This document shows, one piece after another, positions 29,895 through 40,364 of a DNA stretch of 64,000 nucleotides (position 1 is its first letter; each line of letters begins with the position of its first letter). The notes beneath the pieces were generated by a model. It saw only the letters and a program-made list of their open reading frames with translations. It searched no databases and was not told the DNA's origin. The DNA lies in assembly GCA_027492035.1 (NCBI GenBank), contig JAOZFT010000004.1, positions 416,001 through 480,000 of the forward strand. Direction: 5' to 3'. The stretch is from Thermoproteota archaeon. GTDB taxonomy: Archaea; Korarchaeota; JAOZGF01; JAOZFZ01. Both the position numbers and the translations under genes were made by a program.

Positions 29895-31802
29895 ATGGTG
29901 AAAATAAAACTGCCAAACGGGGAAATAGCTAAAGGAAAAATTGGAGAAAGGATAATTGATTTTTTACCAGGAAAAATAGGTTTAGTGGCTAAAATAAACG
30001 GTAAACTCTTCGATTTAACAAATAAAATTCCTGAAAGCTGTAAAGAAGTAGAAGTACTTGATTTTAATAATAGGGAAGGTAAAGCGACATATTGGCATAC
30101 AACCTCTCACATACTTGCACAGGCTGTTAAGGAACTATACCCTAAAGCATTACTTGGAATAGGTCCCTCAATTGAAACAGGATTCTATTACGACTTCGAC
30201 CTTGGAAGTAAGGTTTTCACTCCCCAAGACCTTGAAAAAATAGAACGTAAAATGAAAGAAATAGTTAATAAAGACATCCCCCTAATAAGGAAGGAAATAA
30301 GTAAATCTAAAGCCCTGAAACTTTTTAAGGAAAGGAGAGAGAAATACAAAATAGAATTGATTAAGGAGTTAAAGGAAGAAAGGATAACTGTTTACTGGCA
30401 AAATAACTTCGTTGATTTATGTAAAGGGCCTCATTTACCATCAACAGGCTACGTTAAACACTTAAAATTAATTAATTCCTCCTCCTCTTATTGGAAAGGG
30501 AATGAAAGAGGGCCTACCCTGCAAAGAATATACGGTGTATCCTTCCCTTCAAAAGAGCTTCTTGAACAATACCTCTACAAACTTGAGGAAGCGAAAAAAA
30601 GAGACCACAGAATCATAGGAACTAAACTTGATCTATTCTCTATCCATGAAGTTTTAGGAGCCGGGTTAATTTGTTGGCACCCGAAAGGGGCCATTATAAG
30701 AAGGGAAGTAGAGAACTTTTGGGTTAAAGAACATCTAAAAAGGGGGTATCAACTCGTATATACCCCTCATATAGCGAAATCGGAACTTTGGAAGACGTCA
30801 GGCCACATGAGTTACTATAAAGAATACATGTACACACTAGAAAAGGAAAACGAGGAATATGTCTTGAAACCAATGAACTGCCCATTTCATGTGTTAATCT
30901 ACAAATCTAAAACCAGAAGCTATAGAGACCTACCTATTAGATATTGTGAGTTAGGCACTGTGTACAGATATGAAAAGTCAGGGGTCCTACATGGCTTGTT
31001 AAGGGTAAGAGGCTTCACTCAGGATGATGCGCATATCTTTTGCACTCCAGACCAACTAAAAGAAGAAGTGATGGGGGTAATTGATTTGATGCAATTTATA
31101 TTACAGGGTTTGGGTTTTAAGGAATATAAGGTAACTTTATCTACAAGAGATCCAACCAAGCCTGAAAAATACATGGGATCGGATGAGGATTGGTTTAATG
31201 CCCAAAGAGCGCTGTCTGAAGCCTTGAAGAAGAAGGGATTAGAGTTCATGGAGGCACCTGGAGAAGCCGTGTTTTACGGCCCAAAAATAGATGTTAAATT
31301 GATTGATTCCTTGGGAAGAGAATGGCAAGGCCCCACTATACAGGTTGATTTCAATCTCCCCAAGAGGTTTGATGTAACATATGTTGGACCAGATGGGAAA
31401 GAACATCTTGCTGTCATGGTTCATAGAGCTTTACTTGGCTCCTTTGAAAGGTTCTTTGGACTATTAATAGAACATTATGCTGGAGATTTTCCGCTATGGC
31501 TTGCTCCAGTGCAAGTTAAGGTTATTCCCGTCAGTGACAAAAACTTGAATTATGCAAGAGAAGTTTACAGAACCCTTTATAATGAAGGGTTCCGTGTTGA
31601 ACTTGATGACAGAGCGGAAACGATGAATTACAAAGTAAGGGAAGCTGAAATGCAAAAAATAAGGTATATGGTAATAATTGGGGGAAAAGAAGAGAAAGGG
31701 AAAAACGTCTCAGTTAGGAAAAGAAAAGAGGGAAATATTGGCGTAATACCTCTAAATGCCTTCATAAAAATGTTAAAGAAAGAAATAACAGAGAAAATTT
31801 AG
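29895..31802 (+). CDS. thrS: Threonine--tRNA ligase, bacterial/eukaryotic type (TGS plus N2 editing domain)
   Basis: HTTSH, GFYYDF, DLCKGPH, RDHR, KPMNCP, RVRGFTQDDAH, FYGPKID; start MVKIKLP. Confidence 0.96.
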   Translation: MVKIKLPNGEIAKGKIGERIIDFLPGKIGLVAKINGKLFDLTNKIPESCKEVEVLDFNNREGKATYWHTTSHILAQAVKELYPKALLGIGPSIETGFYYDFDLGSKVFTPQDLEKIERKMKEIVNKDIPLIRKEISKSKALKLFKERREKYKIELIKELKEERITVYWQNNFVDLCKGPHLPSTGYVKHLKLINSSSSYWKGNERGPTLQRIYGVSFPSKELLEQYLYKLEEAKKRDHRIIGTKLDLFSIHEVLGAGLICWHPKGAIIRREVENFWVKEHLKRGYQLVYTPHIAKSELWKTSGHMSYYKEYMYTLEKENEEYVLKPMNCPFHVLIYKSKTRSYRDLPIRYCELGTVYRYEKSGVLHGLLRVRGFTQDDAHIFCTPDQLKEEVMGVIDLMQFILQGLGFKEYKVTLSTRDPTKPEKYMGSDEDWFNAQRALSEALKKKGLEFMEAPGEAVFYGPKIDVKLIDSLGREWQGPTIQVDFNLPKRFDVTYVGPDGKEHLAVMVHRALLGSFERFFGLLIEHYAGDFPLWLAPVQVKVIPVSDKNLNYAREVYRTLYNEGFRVELDDRAETMNYKVREAEMQKIRYMVIIGGKEEKGKNVSVRKRKEGNIGVIPLNAFIKMLKKEITEKI

Positions 31803-31816
31803 CTTTCTTAAAGGAA

Positions 31817-31911
31817 TGGACCGGGTGGGATTTGAACCCACGACCTCCGCGAATCTGCTTTAAAGATTTAAATCGCCAACGCGGCGTTCATTCCAACTGA
31901 ACTACCGGCCC
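31817..31911 (-). tRNA. tRNA-Ala(GGC) with 21-nt intron at 37/38 (31853-31873)
   Basis: GGGCCGG/CCGGTCC acceptor with G3-U70, CCGCG-TTGGCG|intron|T-CGCGG; relaxed BHB (TTGG/GCAG). Confidence 0.9.
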
Positions 31912-31940
31912 TTCCACTATTCATATGCCCATTGTTACCT

Positions 31941-32129
31941 CTATTTCACTCTTACTTTATTAAATTTTTTGTTTTGCCAGTTGTATCTCCTAATTCTTTT
32001 TGATTTACCGAAACCGCATGCTGCACAGTACTTTCCCCTTACGTTGTAAGAGTGTCTTCCGCATCTTCTGCACCTTATGTGTGTTTTTCCTCTGGATCTT
32101 TTGCCCATTGACGGTGTTCCCTTACCCAT
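31941..32129 (-). CDS. rpl37e: 50S ribosomal protein L37e
   Basis: KGTPSMGKR...[13 protein letters not shown]...CAACGFG. Confidence 0.97.
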   Translation of the reverse strand: MGKGTPSMGKRSRGKTHIRCRRCGRHSYNVRGKYCAACGFGKSKRIRRYNWQNKKFNKVRVK

Positions 32130-32373
32130 ATTTCTTCACTTCCGCTGCAGGTGAAACTATAACTACTGTATCCCCCCTGACAATGATTCTCCCTAACTTC
32201 CTGGTTTTCTCCTCCATTATTTCATCTGATTCACTTAAAACAAGGTTCATGTGTGAATCGAAACTCTCTAACACTCCCCTTATTTCGGAGCCGTTTCTCA
32301 ATCTGATAAACACTACTCTCCCAACTGCTTTCGAAACATAATCTAAGGCTGTTTCTGTCTCGGTTTTCTCCAA
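32122..32373 (-). CDS. Sm-like archaeal protein (SmAP/Lsm)
   Basis: [27 protein letters not shown]; upstream of rpl37e as usual. Confidence 0.95.
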   Translation of the reverse strand: MEKTETETALDYVSKAVGRVVFIRLRNGSEIRGVLESFDSHMNLVLSESDEIMEEKTRKLGRIIVRGDTVVIVSPAAEVKKYG

Positions 32374-32739
32374 TACTTCTCCCCTATCACTTTTCCATTT
32401 AAAACTTATAAAATTTGCGTTATTTTTTTAATTTAAGAAGGGCAGTTTTACTTTCCAATTTACTGCAATTAAAAATTTTTCTCCTTCAAACCCTTTGAAG
32501 GAGGCTGCGTGTTACTTTTAAAAATTTCTTTTTAAAAAGAAACCTTTTTTCTTTCTTGGAAAGTTTATCCCTCAAAATTTAAATAGGTTATCTGGAAAAA
32601 GTGGTTACTTTTTAAAAGTTAATTCTTCTATTTTAAAAGCAAGAGTTTATGGAAATCTTTAACTTAAAAAACTTTATGTGCATGAAGAAAATGGAAGGGT
32701 GAACGCCCTTTCCTTTTTTTGGTGGAAAGGTGAGGATTT

Positions 32740-33129
32740 TTGTCTTTTTTTAAAAAATTATTTGGGAGAAGAGAAAGTGAAGAAGAGGAAAAACCAAGTG
32801 AACTTTCCAGTTTAATGTTAGACACTGAACAAGTTTCAGACAGTGAAATATCTCTTCCAGAAATCCCTGTTGAAGGTGAAGAAGTAATCTATATTAAACC
32901 TTATCGTTTAAGGTCTTTAGAAGACGTTGACACCGTCATCAAAGAAGTTATGGAGGAAAACAATATAGTGATACTTGATGTGACAACTTTGTCAAGGGAC
33001 AGAGAAACTATAAGAAGAGTGATTGAGAGGTTAAGGGGGGCAGTGGCAACTAGAGGTGGAGACTTAGGCCGTATACCCAGCGAAAGATTGATTATAACAC
33101 CTAAATTCGTTAAAATTTGGAAAAAGTGA
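32740..33129 (+). CDS. sepF: Cell division protein SepF
   Basis: N-terminal amphipathic MSFFKKLFG; NIVILDV...GGDLGRI...LIITP..VKI. Confidence 0.85.
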   Translation: MSFFKKLFGRRESEEEEKPSELSSLMLDTEQVSDSEISLPEIPVEGEEVIYIKPYRLRSLEDVDTVIKEVMEENNIVILDVTTLSRDRETIRRVIERLRGAVATRGGDLGRIPSERLIITPKFVKIWKK

Positions 33130-33168
33130 TAGTGAGGAGAGTTTCTTTCTTAGGTTTCCTCTTTTTCC

Positions 33169-35094
33169 TTAACACAACCTAACTCCTTCCAAATTAGTTG
33201 GTACTGTGGTTTCAATTTTTCTCATGGACCTTATGGCATGGGCTAACTCTTGAGATTTAGACTTCTCCCCATGCACTATTATTACTCTTGAAGGTTTAGG
33301 TTGTATTTTACCGGCATAAGATAAAAGCTGCATCCAGTCTGAATGTCCTGAAAAGCCTTCCACAGTGTAAACATCCATTTCTATTCTTATTATTTCTCCT
33401 CGTCCGTCGTTTGTCATGTAAACATTTCCTCCTTTACCTTGTCTCTGCACTTCCCTCCCTAATGTTCCATTTACTTGGTAACTGACAAAAATTATGCTGT
33501 TACGCTGGTCTGAAGCCATGTTTTTAAAGTATTCAACGGAAGGCCCTCCCGTGAGCATGCCTGAAGTAGCCAATATAATTGCTGAACCTTGCTGTAAAAT
33601 ATCTAATCTGGCCTCCCTACTCGAAATAGGTGTAAACAGTTCCGAAGTGAATGGATTCATTGATCTGTGAAGTATTTTATTCCTTAATGACTCCGACAAA
33701 AAGGAGGGATAAGTTGTATGAATGGCGTTTGCTTCAGCTATCATTCCGTCAACATAGACAGGTGCCTCAATCAATTTTTTCCTGTTGAAGTTTTTTTCAA
33801 GAATTAGAAGGATTTCTTGAGCTCTTCCTACACCTAGAACAGGTATCAAAACTGTTCCTTCCCTCCTCAAGGTTTTGTTAATGTATTCGATGAGTAATGC
33901 TTCAGATTTCTCCCTGGGGGGAAGAATATTTTTCACGGACCCGTAGGTTGATTCCATAATTAATGTTTCCAATCTTGGGAAACGGTATTCACTTCTTTCT
34001 AACAGGAGTGTCCTTTCAAACTTGAAGTCTCCAGTGTAAACGATATTATGCAGTCCCTCCCCAATATGGATATGGGTTATAGCTGAACCTAAAACATGTC
34101 CTGCATTGTAAAAAGTAATTTTCACTTCTGGTGAAATGTTAGTAACTGTTTCATATTCTAAGGGTATTGTGTGCAGAAGCTCCTCTTCTATGTCTTTAAA
34201 GGTGTAAATTAAAGGCCTTCCTTCTTTTCTGGCAACTTCTATATAATCCAGTTGTAGAAGCGCCATTAAATCTCTAGTTGGTTCTGTACAATAAACTGGT
34301 CCTCTGTAACCATACTTGAAAAGTAAAGGAACTGCTCCGCAATGGTCTAAATGTGCATGTGACACAACCACTGCATCTAACTCATCTATATCCAGCTCCG
34401 GTGCCCCTAAATAAGGAAGAAAATCCCTTTTTGAACCTAAGTTTATGCCACAGTCAAGTAAGATATTGCTTTCCTGCGTTTGAAGCAGGAAGCAGCTTCT
34501 ACCCACCTCTTTTGACCCGCCTAAACTTATCATCCTAACCCAGCTGTTCTTAAACACAGGTATCCTATGGATTCTACCTCCAGCCTTAGTGTAGAAACTT
34601 AGTCTTTGAGCAGAGTTGCCATAAACTATGTGCCTAACTGCGTGAATAATGCTTGATTTCACAATTTTTGATTCAACTGGTTTCCTTATTACTTTAGGTG
34701 TCCATAATGTCCTTTCTTTTATTTTTTGTAAGTTTTCTCCTTTTTGTCCAATGACAAGTCCAGGTTTTCCAGCTTCAATTATTACTTCCCCGAAAACAGA
34801 GTCGAAGTAGTACCTTTCGATATTAGCTTCTTTCTGGACAATTTTCTCTATTTCTCCTTTAGCTTTTTTAGGATCAAGCAGAAGGCTTCTCTCAAGTCTG
34901 ATGACTACTCTCTCCTTTAAAACCTTAGCTATTTCAGCAATGTAGTTGTCTGATTCTAAAAAGAAGGAGATATTGTCTGTATAAATCACGATGTAAGGGC
35001 CTTCATACCTTACTGAATTTATTTTAACAAAGTTTCCTGTTAAATCATAAATGACCCTACTTATTTTCTGCTGCAGCCCCTCTTCCTCCATCAT
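33169..35094 (-). CDS. beta-CASP ribonuclease aCPSF1 / FttA
   Basis: KH domains, EVGRSC, SHAHLDH, AGHVLGS, MESTYG, TSGMLTGG, GFSGHSD; adjacent to psmB. Confidence 0.95.
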   Translation of the reverse strand: MMEEEGLQQKISRVIYDLTGNFVKINSVRYEGPYIVIYTDNISFFLESDNYIAEIAKVLKERVVIRLERSLLLDPKKAKGEIEKIVQKEANIERYYFDSVFGEVIIEAGKPGLVIGQKGENLQKIKERTLWTPKVIRKPVESKIVKSSIIHAVRHIVYGNSAQRLSFYTKAGGRIHRIPVFKNSWVRMISLGGSKEVGRSCFLLQTQESNILLDCGINLGSKRDFLPYLGAPELDIDELDAVVVSHAHLDHCGAVPLLFKYGYRGPVYCTEPTRDLMALLQLDYIEVARKEGRPLIYTFKDIEEELLHTIPLEYETVTNISPEVKITFYNAGHVLGSAITHIHIGEGLHNIVYTGDFKFERTLLLERSEYRFPRLETLIMESTYGSVKNILPPREKSEALLIEYINKTLRREGTVLIPVLGVGRAQEILLILEKNFNRKKLIEAPVYVDGMIAEANAIHTTYPSFLSESLRNKILHRSMNPFTSELFTPISSREARLDILQQGSAIILATSGMLTGGPSVEYFKNMASDQRNSIIFVSYQVNGTLGREVQRQGKGGNVYMTNDGRGEIIRIEMDVYTVEGFSGHSDWMQLLSYAGKIQPKPSRVIIVHGEKSKSQELAHAIRSMRKIETTVPTNLEGVRLC

Positions 35095-35131
35095 GTCCCC
35101 TTTTTCCTTGAAAATTTTTAAGTGTAAATTT

Positions 35132-35800
35132 TCATATGTTGTCAAGAATCTTCTTCTTTTCTTCTTGAGTTAGTAAATGAACCCCCTTATTTGTTATTAC
35201 TGCTACGTCTATGCCGTCTCCTGTAGCACTGTCTCGGGAGATGGCTGACGATAAAGCACTGACAGCTAATTTTTCAGCTTCTTCTATAGTCAAATCTTTA
35301 CTGTACCTGCTCTCCAGAACTCCTATAGCTATAGGAGATCCTGAACCTGTAACTGTGTAGTCTTCGGAAGTTATTGAACCAAAAAATTCCACGTTGTAAA
35401 GGTGAGGTCCTTCTTCATCCACTCCCCCAACTAAGAACTGTGTTAGGAAAATGTTTGGTCTTGCATTAAATAATATGTTACCTAATAATGTAGCAAGTAT
35501 CCTGATTTTTATTTCTTCATTTTTCTCTAATCCATAAATTTTAGATACTGATTTAATATATCGTGTAAGTACTTGTGCATCAGCCACTAAACCAGCAATT
35601 GTTGCAGCTGATTTATCTGTCACTTTAACTATTTTATTTGCGTTTTTGTGGATTATCAGGTTCTCTGCTGTAGCTCTTTTGTCAGCAACTAACAACACGA
35701 AGTTTTTACCCTTCAAACCTATAGTGGTGGTTCCCTTAACCTTTCTTAAGAAATTATCCACGTTTTTCTTCACAAATAAGTTCTGCAACTGATTCACCAT
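35132..35800 (-). CDS. psmB: Proteasome beta subunit
   Basis: KG|TTTIG propeptide site, ADKRAT, AGLVADAQ, GSGS, RDSATGDG. Confidence 0.95.
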   Translation of the reverse strand: MVNQLQNLFVKKNVDNFLRKVKGTTTIGLKGKNFVLLVADKRATAENLIIHKNANKIVKVTDKSAATIAGLVADAQVLTRYIKSVSKIYGLEKNEEIKIRILATLLGNILFNARPNIFLTQFLVGGVDEEGPHLYNVEFFGSITSEDYTVTGSGSPIAIGVLESRYSKDLTIEEAEKLAVSALSSAISRDSATGDGIDVAVITNKGVHLLTQEEKKKILDNI

Positions 35801-36036
35801 TTTATTTAAAGAAATGGGACAGAACACGTTGGTAAAGGAAGTGGAAGCATTAACTTATTCATGGGAGGAGGAAGTGATTCTTGGAAAGAGGAAAGAACAA
35901 AAGTTTTTTATTTTATTAAGAAGTTCGTTTCACGAATTAACATAGAAAGATGGTATCAATTATTCTTAAATCTTTCCTTTTTTAGGAAGTATTTTTATGG
36001 AAACTTTATTTTCCCCTTTTCAAAGATGAGTGTAAC

Positions 36037-36486
36037 ATGACCGTTTACACTTTAATAGATGAAGGTTTAGCTAAGAAAGGATTTTCTTTTATCTTTAACG
36101 GGGGCACTAAAATATGTGAAACCTGTGGGTTAAAGTCTGTTTGTTTAAACAATTTAGAGAAGCAGCGGAGGTTTGTGGTTGTTTCGGTTGAAGATAAAAG
36201 CTTCCTTTGTCCATTAACAGGTAAAAAACAAAAACTTGTCCAAGTTGACTTTGAACCGGTTGAGGCTGCTGTAAACATGCAGAATATTTTTACAAATGTT
36301 CCTTTCAATTACCAAGGAATTAACTGTGAATTCGTTAACTGCGAAAACTATCTTTACTGTAATTCACCATACTTGAGAAATGGTGAAGTTTGTATTATTT
36401 TGGAAACAATAAAAGAAGTCCAGCGGTGCAGAAAGAATTACAAATTAACCCTTTGCAAAGTTTTGCCCAGGAAATATATGGAATAA
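36037..36486 (+). CDS. UPF0179 family protein
   Basis: TLIDEGLAKKG...CETC...C..NLEKQR Cys-rich pattern. Confidence 0.8.
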   Translation: MTVYTLIDEGLAKKGFSFIFNGGTKICETCGLKSVCLNNLEKQRRFVVVSVEDKSFLCPLTGKKQKLVQVDFEPVEAAVNMQNIFTNVPFNYQGINCEFVNCENYLYCNSPYLRNGEVCIILETIKEVQRCRKNYKLTLCKVLPRKYME

Positions 36487-36497
36487 GGTTTAGTTTC

Positions 36498-37286
36498 TTA
36501 TTTCTTCCCCTCTTTTTCTCTCCCTTCCCTCTTTTCACCTAATTTAAAAACTTCTATTATTTTTGCTTTCCTGTATTTAGGTGTGTATTTTTTCACATAG
36601 TTAATGAATTGCAATTTTTTAAGCAGTAAGTCTTCAGACAATAAAATGTTTTCCGGTAACTCCACTTCCACTAACTCATTGTTCAAAGAAATTTTCTTTG
36701 GGGGTACACCAAAAACTTCCTTAAAAAGTGCTTTAATTTTTTCGTTAGGACTCCTTATAATCTCCTTTATTTTCACTTTATAGGTGACTTCATGGCCTGC
36801 TTGAGGGTGGTTAAAATCAACAATCACCCTCCCCGCATTTACAGCTTTAATTGTTCCTACCGCCCCTTCCAGTTGCACTTTCATTCCAGGTTTTGGGTTA
36901 ATGTTTCTTTTCGTAAACCTTCTTAGAATATATGTTTTAACTAGGTTAGGGTCACGTTCTCCAAAAGCTTCTGAAGGCTTTAAAGTAATTGTTGTTTCTT
37001 CCCCTTCTTTCATCCCCACAAGTTTCTTTTCAAGTTTATCTAGTAACCATTTAGAACCTACAATGTCAAGTCTAGGCCCATATTTAACATGTTCATCAAA
37101 AATTTTGTTTTCTTCAGCTACTCTTCTACTGGTTGTGTCAAAAACTGACCCGTCTTCGATTCTGGCAGTATATTCCACCCGAATAAAATCTCCGAAATCA
37201 ACTGTTTCCTCTTTACTCCTAACTATTCTTGCTTCTTTAACGCCACTCTTCACTGCAGACTTGCTCTCCTTAACTGTTTTAGACAT
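36498..37286 (-). CDS. Long-type FKBP peptidyl-prolyl isomerase (SlyD-like)
   Basis: GDFIRVEYT, VFDTT, PSEAFGERD, VDFNHPQAG. Confidence 0.93.
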   Translation of the reverse strand: MSKTVKESKSAVKSGVKEARIVRSKEETVDFGDFIRVEYTARIEDGSVFDTTSRRVAEENKIFDEHVKYGPRLDIVGSKWLLDKLEKKLVGMKEGEETTITLKPSEAFGERDPNLVKTYILRRFTKRNINPKPGMKVQLEGAVGTIKAVNAGRVIVDFNHPQAGHEVTYKVKIKEIIRSPNEKIKALFKEVFGVPPKKISLNNELVEVELPENILLSEDLLLKKLQFINYVKKYTPKYRKAKIIEVFKLGEKREGREKEGKK

Positions 37287-37477
37287 CGCAAAACCCTCTA
37301 AACCCTTGAAGAATTCCTCAACGAATTTTATCCCTTTTTAAATGATTCTGTTTAGGTCCTAAAAATTTAGATGAAGTCTCTTTTCCTCTAGAAAATCTGT
37401 GAAGGAATTTTTCTTTTAAATCATTACGTTTTCTCACAGACTTATTTTTTAGAAAGGTTCTCTAAGGAAAATCATAT

Positions 37478-38929
37478 TTAACCTTTCACAACCCCTACAG
37501 GTTTCATCCTGACTACTAACAGAGAAACTCCTGCTTTATGCATGGATAAAGTAACTTGATCGACATTTTTATAGCTTCCAGGTGCCTCTTCTGCAGCTAC
37601 AGCGAAAGATGCAGGTTTTACATAGATCCCTCTGCTCTGGAGTTCACTTACTACCTGCCTACCTGAATACCTCCTCTTCGCTGCTGCTCTGCTTAAAGTC
37701 CTCCCGCTTCCATGACATGTTGAACCGAATGTTTCCTCCATTGCTTTCTTTGTTCCAATTAAAACATAAGATGCAGTGCCCATTGAACCGGGAATTAATA
37801 CAGGTTGTCCAATTTCTCTATATTCTATAGGTATTTCTTTCCTCCCTGGCCCGAAAGCACGTGTAGCTCCTTTTCTATGCACATAAACCCTAATTTTTTC
37901 CCCATCCACTTCATGTTCTTCAAGTTTCGCGATGTTATGAGCAACATCATAAACTACCTTCATTCCAAGGTCTTCAGAGCTTGCGTTGAAGATTTTCTCA
38001 AAGGTTTCCCTTGTCCAATGTGAAATAAATTGTCGATTAGCGAAGGCATAATTTACTGCACATTTCATTGCTTTAATGTAATCCTCAGCCTCTCTCGACT
38101 TCACATATGCGCAGGCAAGCTGTTTATCCGGTAACTTAAAATCCAGTTTGTTTGAATAGCCAAGCATAACCTTTAAGTAATCTGTTGCTATTTGATGACC
38201 GAATCCCCTGCTTCCCGTGTGGAGCATGACAACAATTTGTCCAAGTTTTTGGAAACCAAGTTTCTCAGCTATTTCTTTATTGAAGATTTTGTCTACAACT
38301 TGAATTTCTAAGAAGTGATTACCTGACCCGAGGCTCCCCAATTGGGGGCAGCCTCTTTGTTTAGCTCTTGAGCTAACCTTAGCGGGGTCAGCTCCTTCCA
38401 TCTTTCCGTTTTCTTCAATATATCTTTCATCACTCTCTAAACCGTAACCATGCTCAATAGCCCATTGGGCACCTTCAACACAGATTTCCTCTATCTCTCT
38501 AACCGTGAAACGGATTTTCCCTTTACTTCCCAAACCTGAAGGCACATTTTCAAACAATTTATCAATTAAATTTTTCAATTTAGGCTTCACATCCTCAAAA
38601 GTAAGAGAAGTAACCATTACCCTAACTCCGCAGTTAATATCGAAACCCACTCCTCCAGGGGAAATAATTCCCTCTTCAGTGTCAAAGGCAGCAACCCCGC
38701 CAATGGGAAAACCATAACCCCAATGTATGTCAGGTAAACCTATAGCATATTTCTGTATCCCAGGGAGCATGGTTATGTTAGCTAACTGATCTAAGGCTCC
38801 TTTCTCAACTCCTTGGAGCAAAGATTTTAAAGCAATAACTAAACCCTCTGTTTTCATGCCTTTCTTATAACTTTTAGGAAGTAACCATCGCACTTCATCT
38901 ATTTGTTTCAGGAAAGACTCAACTCCCAT
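37478..38929 (-). CDS. rtcB: RNA-splicing ligase RtcB
   Basis: PDIHWGYGFPIGGV, GFDINCG, GSGNHFLE, HTGSRG, DVAHN, VHRKGAT, STCHGSGR, EEAPGSYK. Confidence 0.97.
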   Translation of the reverse strand: MGVESFLKQIDEVRWLLPKSYKKGMKTEGLVIALKSLLQGVEKGALDQLANITMLPGIQKYAIGLPDIHWGYGFPIGGVAAFDTEEGIISPGGVGFDINCGVRVMVTSLTFEDVKPKLKNLIDKLFENVPSGLGSKGKIRFTVREIEEICVEGAQWAIEHGYGLESDERYIEENGKMEGADPAKVSSRAKQRGCPQLGSLGSGNHFLEIQVVDKIFNKEIAEKLGFQKLGQIVVMLHTGSRGFGHQIATDYLKVMLGYSNKLDFKLPDKQLACAYVKSREAEDYIKAMKCAVNYAFANRQFISHWTRETFEKIFNASSEDLGMKVVYDVAHNIAKLEEHEVDGEKIRVYVHRKGATRAFGPGRKEIPIEYREIGQPVLIPGSMGTASYVLIGTKKAMEETFGSTCHGSGRTLSRAAAKRRYSGRQVVSELQSRGIYVKPASFAVAAEEAPGSYKNVDQVTLSMHKAGVSLLVVRMKPVGVVKG

Positions 38930-39082
38930 TTTCTTACCTCCTCTCAACCCTTTTTTTTAACATTTGTGCCTTTAAAAAATCTAGGAGAACAAAATAAAAA
39001 CAGAAACCTTTTAAATATTTCATAGGAAAAATAAAGCTTTAAAATGTAAAGTAAATAAATTTTCCTCAATAAAAGGAAATGG

Positions 39083-39748
39083 ATGGTTGTTTTGATAGAA
39101 GATGAAATGAGAAAAGCTTTAGTTAAATTAAAAAAAATAAATGAAATGTTTGATTCATTAATTGTTTCAAGTTCAGACGGTCTCCCAGTAGCCTCTTTTG
39201 TTAAGAAAAAAGAGGATGAAGACAAATTATCAGCTATGACTGCAACTCTTCTTGCAATAGGGGAAAGGATAACAGATGAACTTGACGTTGGAGGAATGGA
39301 AGAAATCTGGATACGGGGGAAAAACAAGGATGTGTATTTTAAATCGATCGGTTATGATTTGATACTGGCAGCCACAATCAACAAACCAGCTAAACTAGGT
39401 GTAATCCTTTACGATGCAAAAAAGGCAGTTAATCAACTTAGGAAACTTGCTGAAGAAGCCCAGAAACAGTATGAAACACCAGAATTACAGGCAAATGTGA
39501 AAATAGAGGAAAGAATAGAGGGGGAGCTAGAAAAAACTGAGAGGGAAGGGGTAGAAGTAAAAACAGGAGAAGAATTGGAAGTATCTCCAGCTTCAGGTTC
39601 AATTGAAGAAATCGAACATGAACCATTAAAAGAAGAGAAACAGGAAGAAAAGGAGGGGAGAGTAGAAACCAAGAAGCCGGTGGAAGAGACTAAGGAAAAG
39701 AGGGAAGAGGAGGAAACAAGTGGAGAAGAGATCAGCTGGTTCTATTGA
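39083..39748 (+). CDS. Roadblock/LC7 (MglB-like) protein with acidic C-terminal extension
   Basis: IVSSSDGLPVAS...LSAMTATLLAIGERI...AKLGVILYD; Glu-rich tail. Confidence 0.88.
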   Translation: MVVLIEDEMRKALVKLKKINEMFDSLIVSSSDGLPVASFVKKKEDEDKLSAMTATLLAIGERITDELDVGGMEEIWIRGKNKDVYFKSIGYDLILAATINKPAKLGVILYDAKKAVNQLRKLAEEAQKQYETPELQANVKIEERIEGELEKTEREGVEVKTGEELEVSPASGSIEEIEHEPLKEEKQEEKEGRVETKKPVEETKEKREEEETSGEEISWFY

Positions 39749-40337
39749 AACCCCCCCTGAAGCTTTTCTAAAAAGTGAAGACTCCTCTAAAAAAGTAAAA
39801 ATTTTAGTTACAGGTCCTTTCAACGCAGGAAAAACAACCTTCATAAAAACTTTAAGTATAATTCCTCCTGTATTGACTGAAAAAAAGATTTACTTAGGCA
39901 ATGCCAAATGTTCAACAACTTTAGCCCTTGACTTCGGGATAACTTATTTGCAAAACTATAAATTATATCTTTTCGGCACTCCTGGACAAGAGAGGTTTAA
40001 TTTCCTCTTGGAAATCTTAAGCAAAGGAATTGATGGCTGTATAGTTCTGTTAGATGTTACGAACCGGGCTTTTGATGAGGACTTAAAAAAGTACTTGTCA
40101 CTCTTTGGGAAGGGAAAAGTACCTATGCTAATAGCTTTGAACAAAACAGATCTGAAAGAAGTAAACATTGAGATCTTGAAAGAAAAGCTTCATGTAAACA
40201 TTCCTCTCATAAGCATAACAGCTAAAGACAAAAGTTCCTCAATGAAAGCATTAGAAAAAATAATTTCACTTATTACGCAACCCTTTACTGAAAAACTTGG
40301 TGAAAAACAAGAAAAAGTTGTTGTATCAATCGATTAA
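39720..40337 (+). CDS. Small GTPase (MglA/ATP-GTP-binding family)
   Basis: GPFNAGKTT, TTLALDFG, LFGTPGQERF, NKTD, TAK. Confidence 0.9.
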   Translation: MEKRSAGSIETPPEAFLKSEDSSKKVKILVTGPFNAGKTTFIKTLSIIPPVLTEKKIYLGNAKCSTTLALDFGITYLQNYKLYLFGTPGQERFNFLLEILSKGIDGCIVLLDVTNRAFDEDLKKYLSLFGKGKVPMLIALNKTDLKEVNIEILKEKLHVNIPLISITAKDKSSSMKALEKIISLITQPFTEKLGEKQEKVVVSID

Positions 40338-40364
40338 AGCCTGTTCTTTCTCTTATTCATGTTT

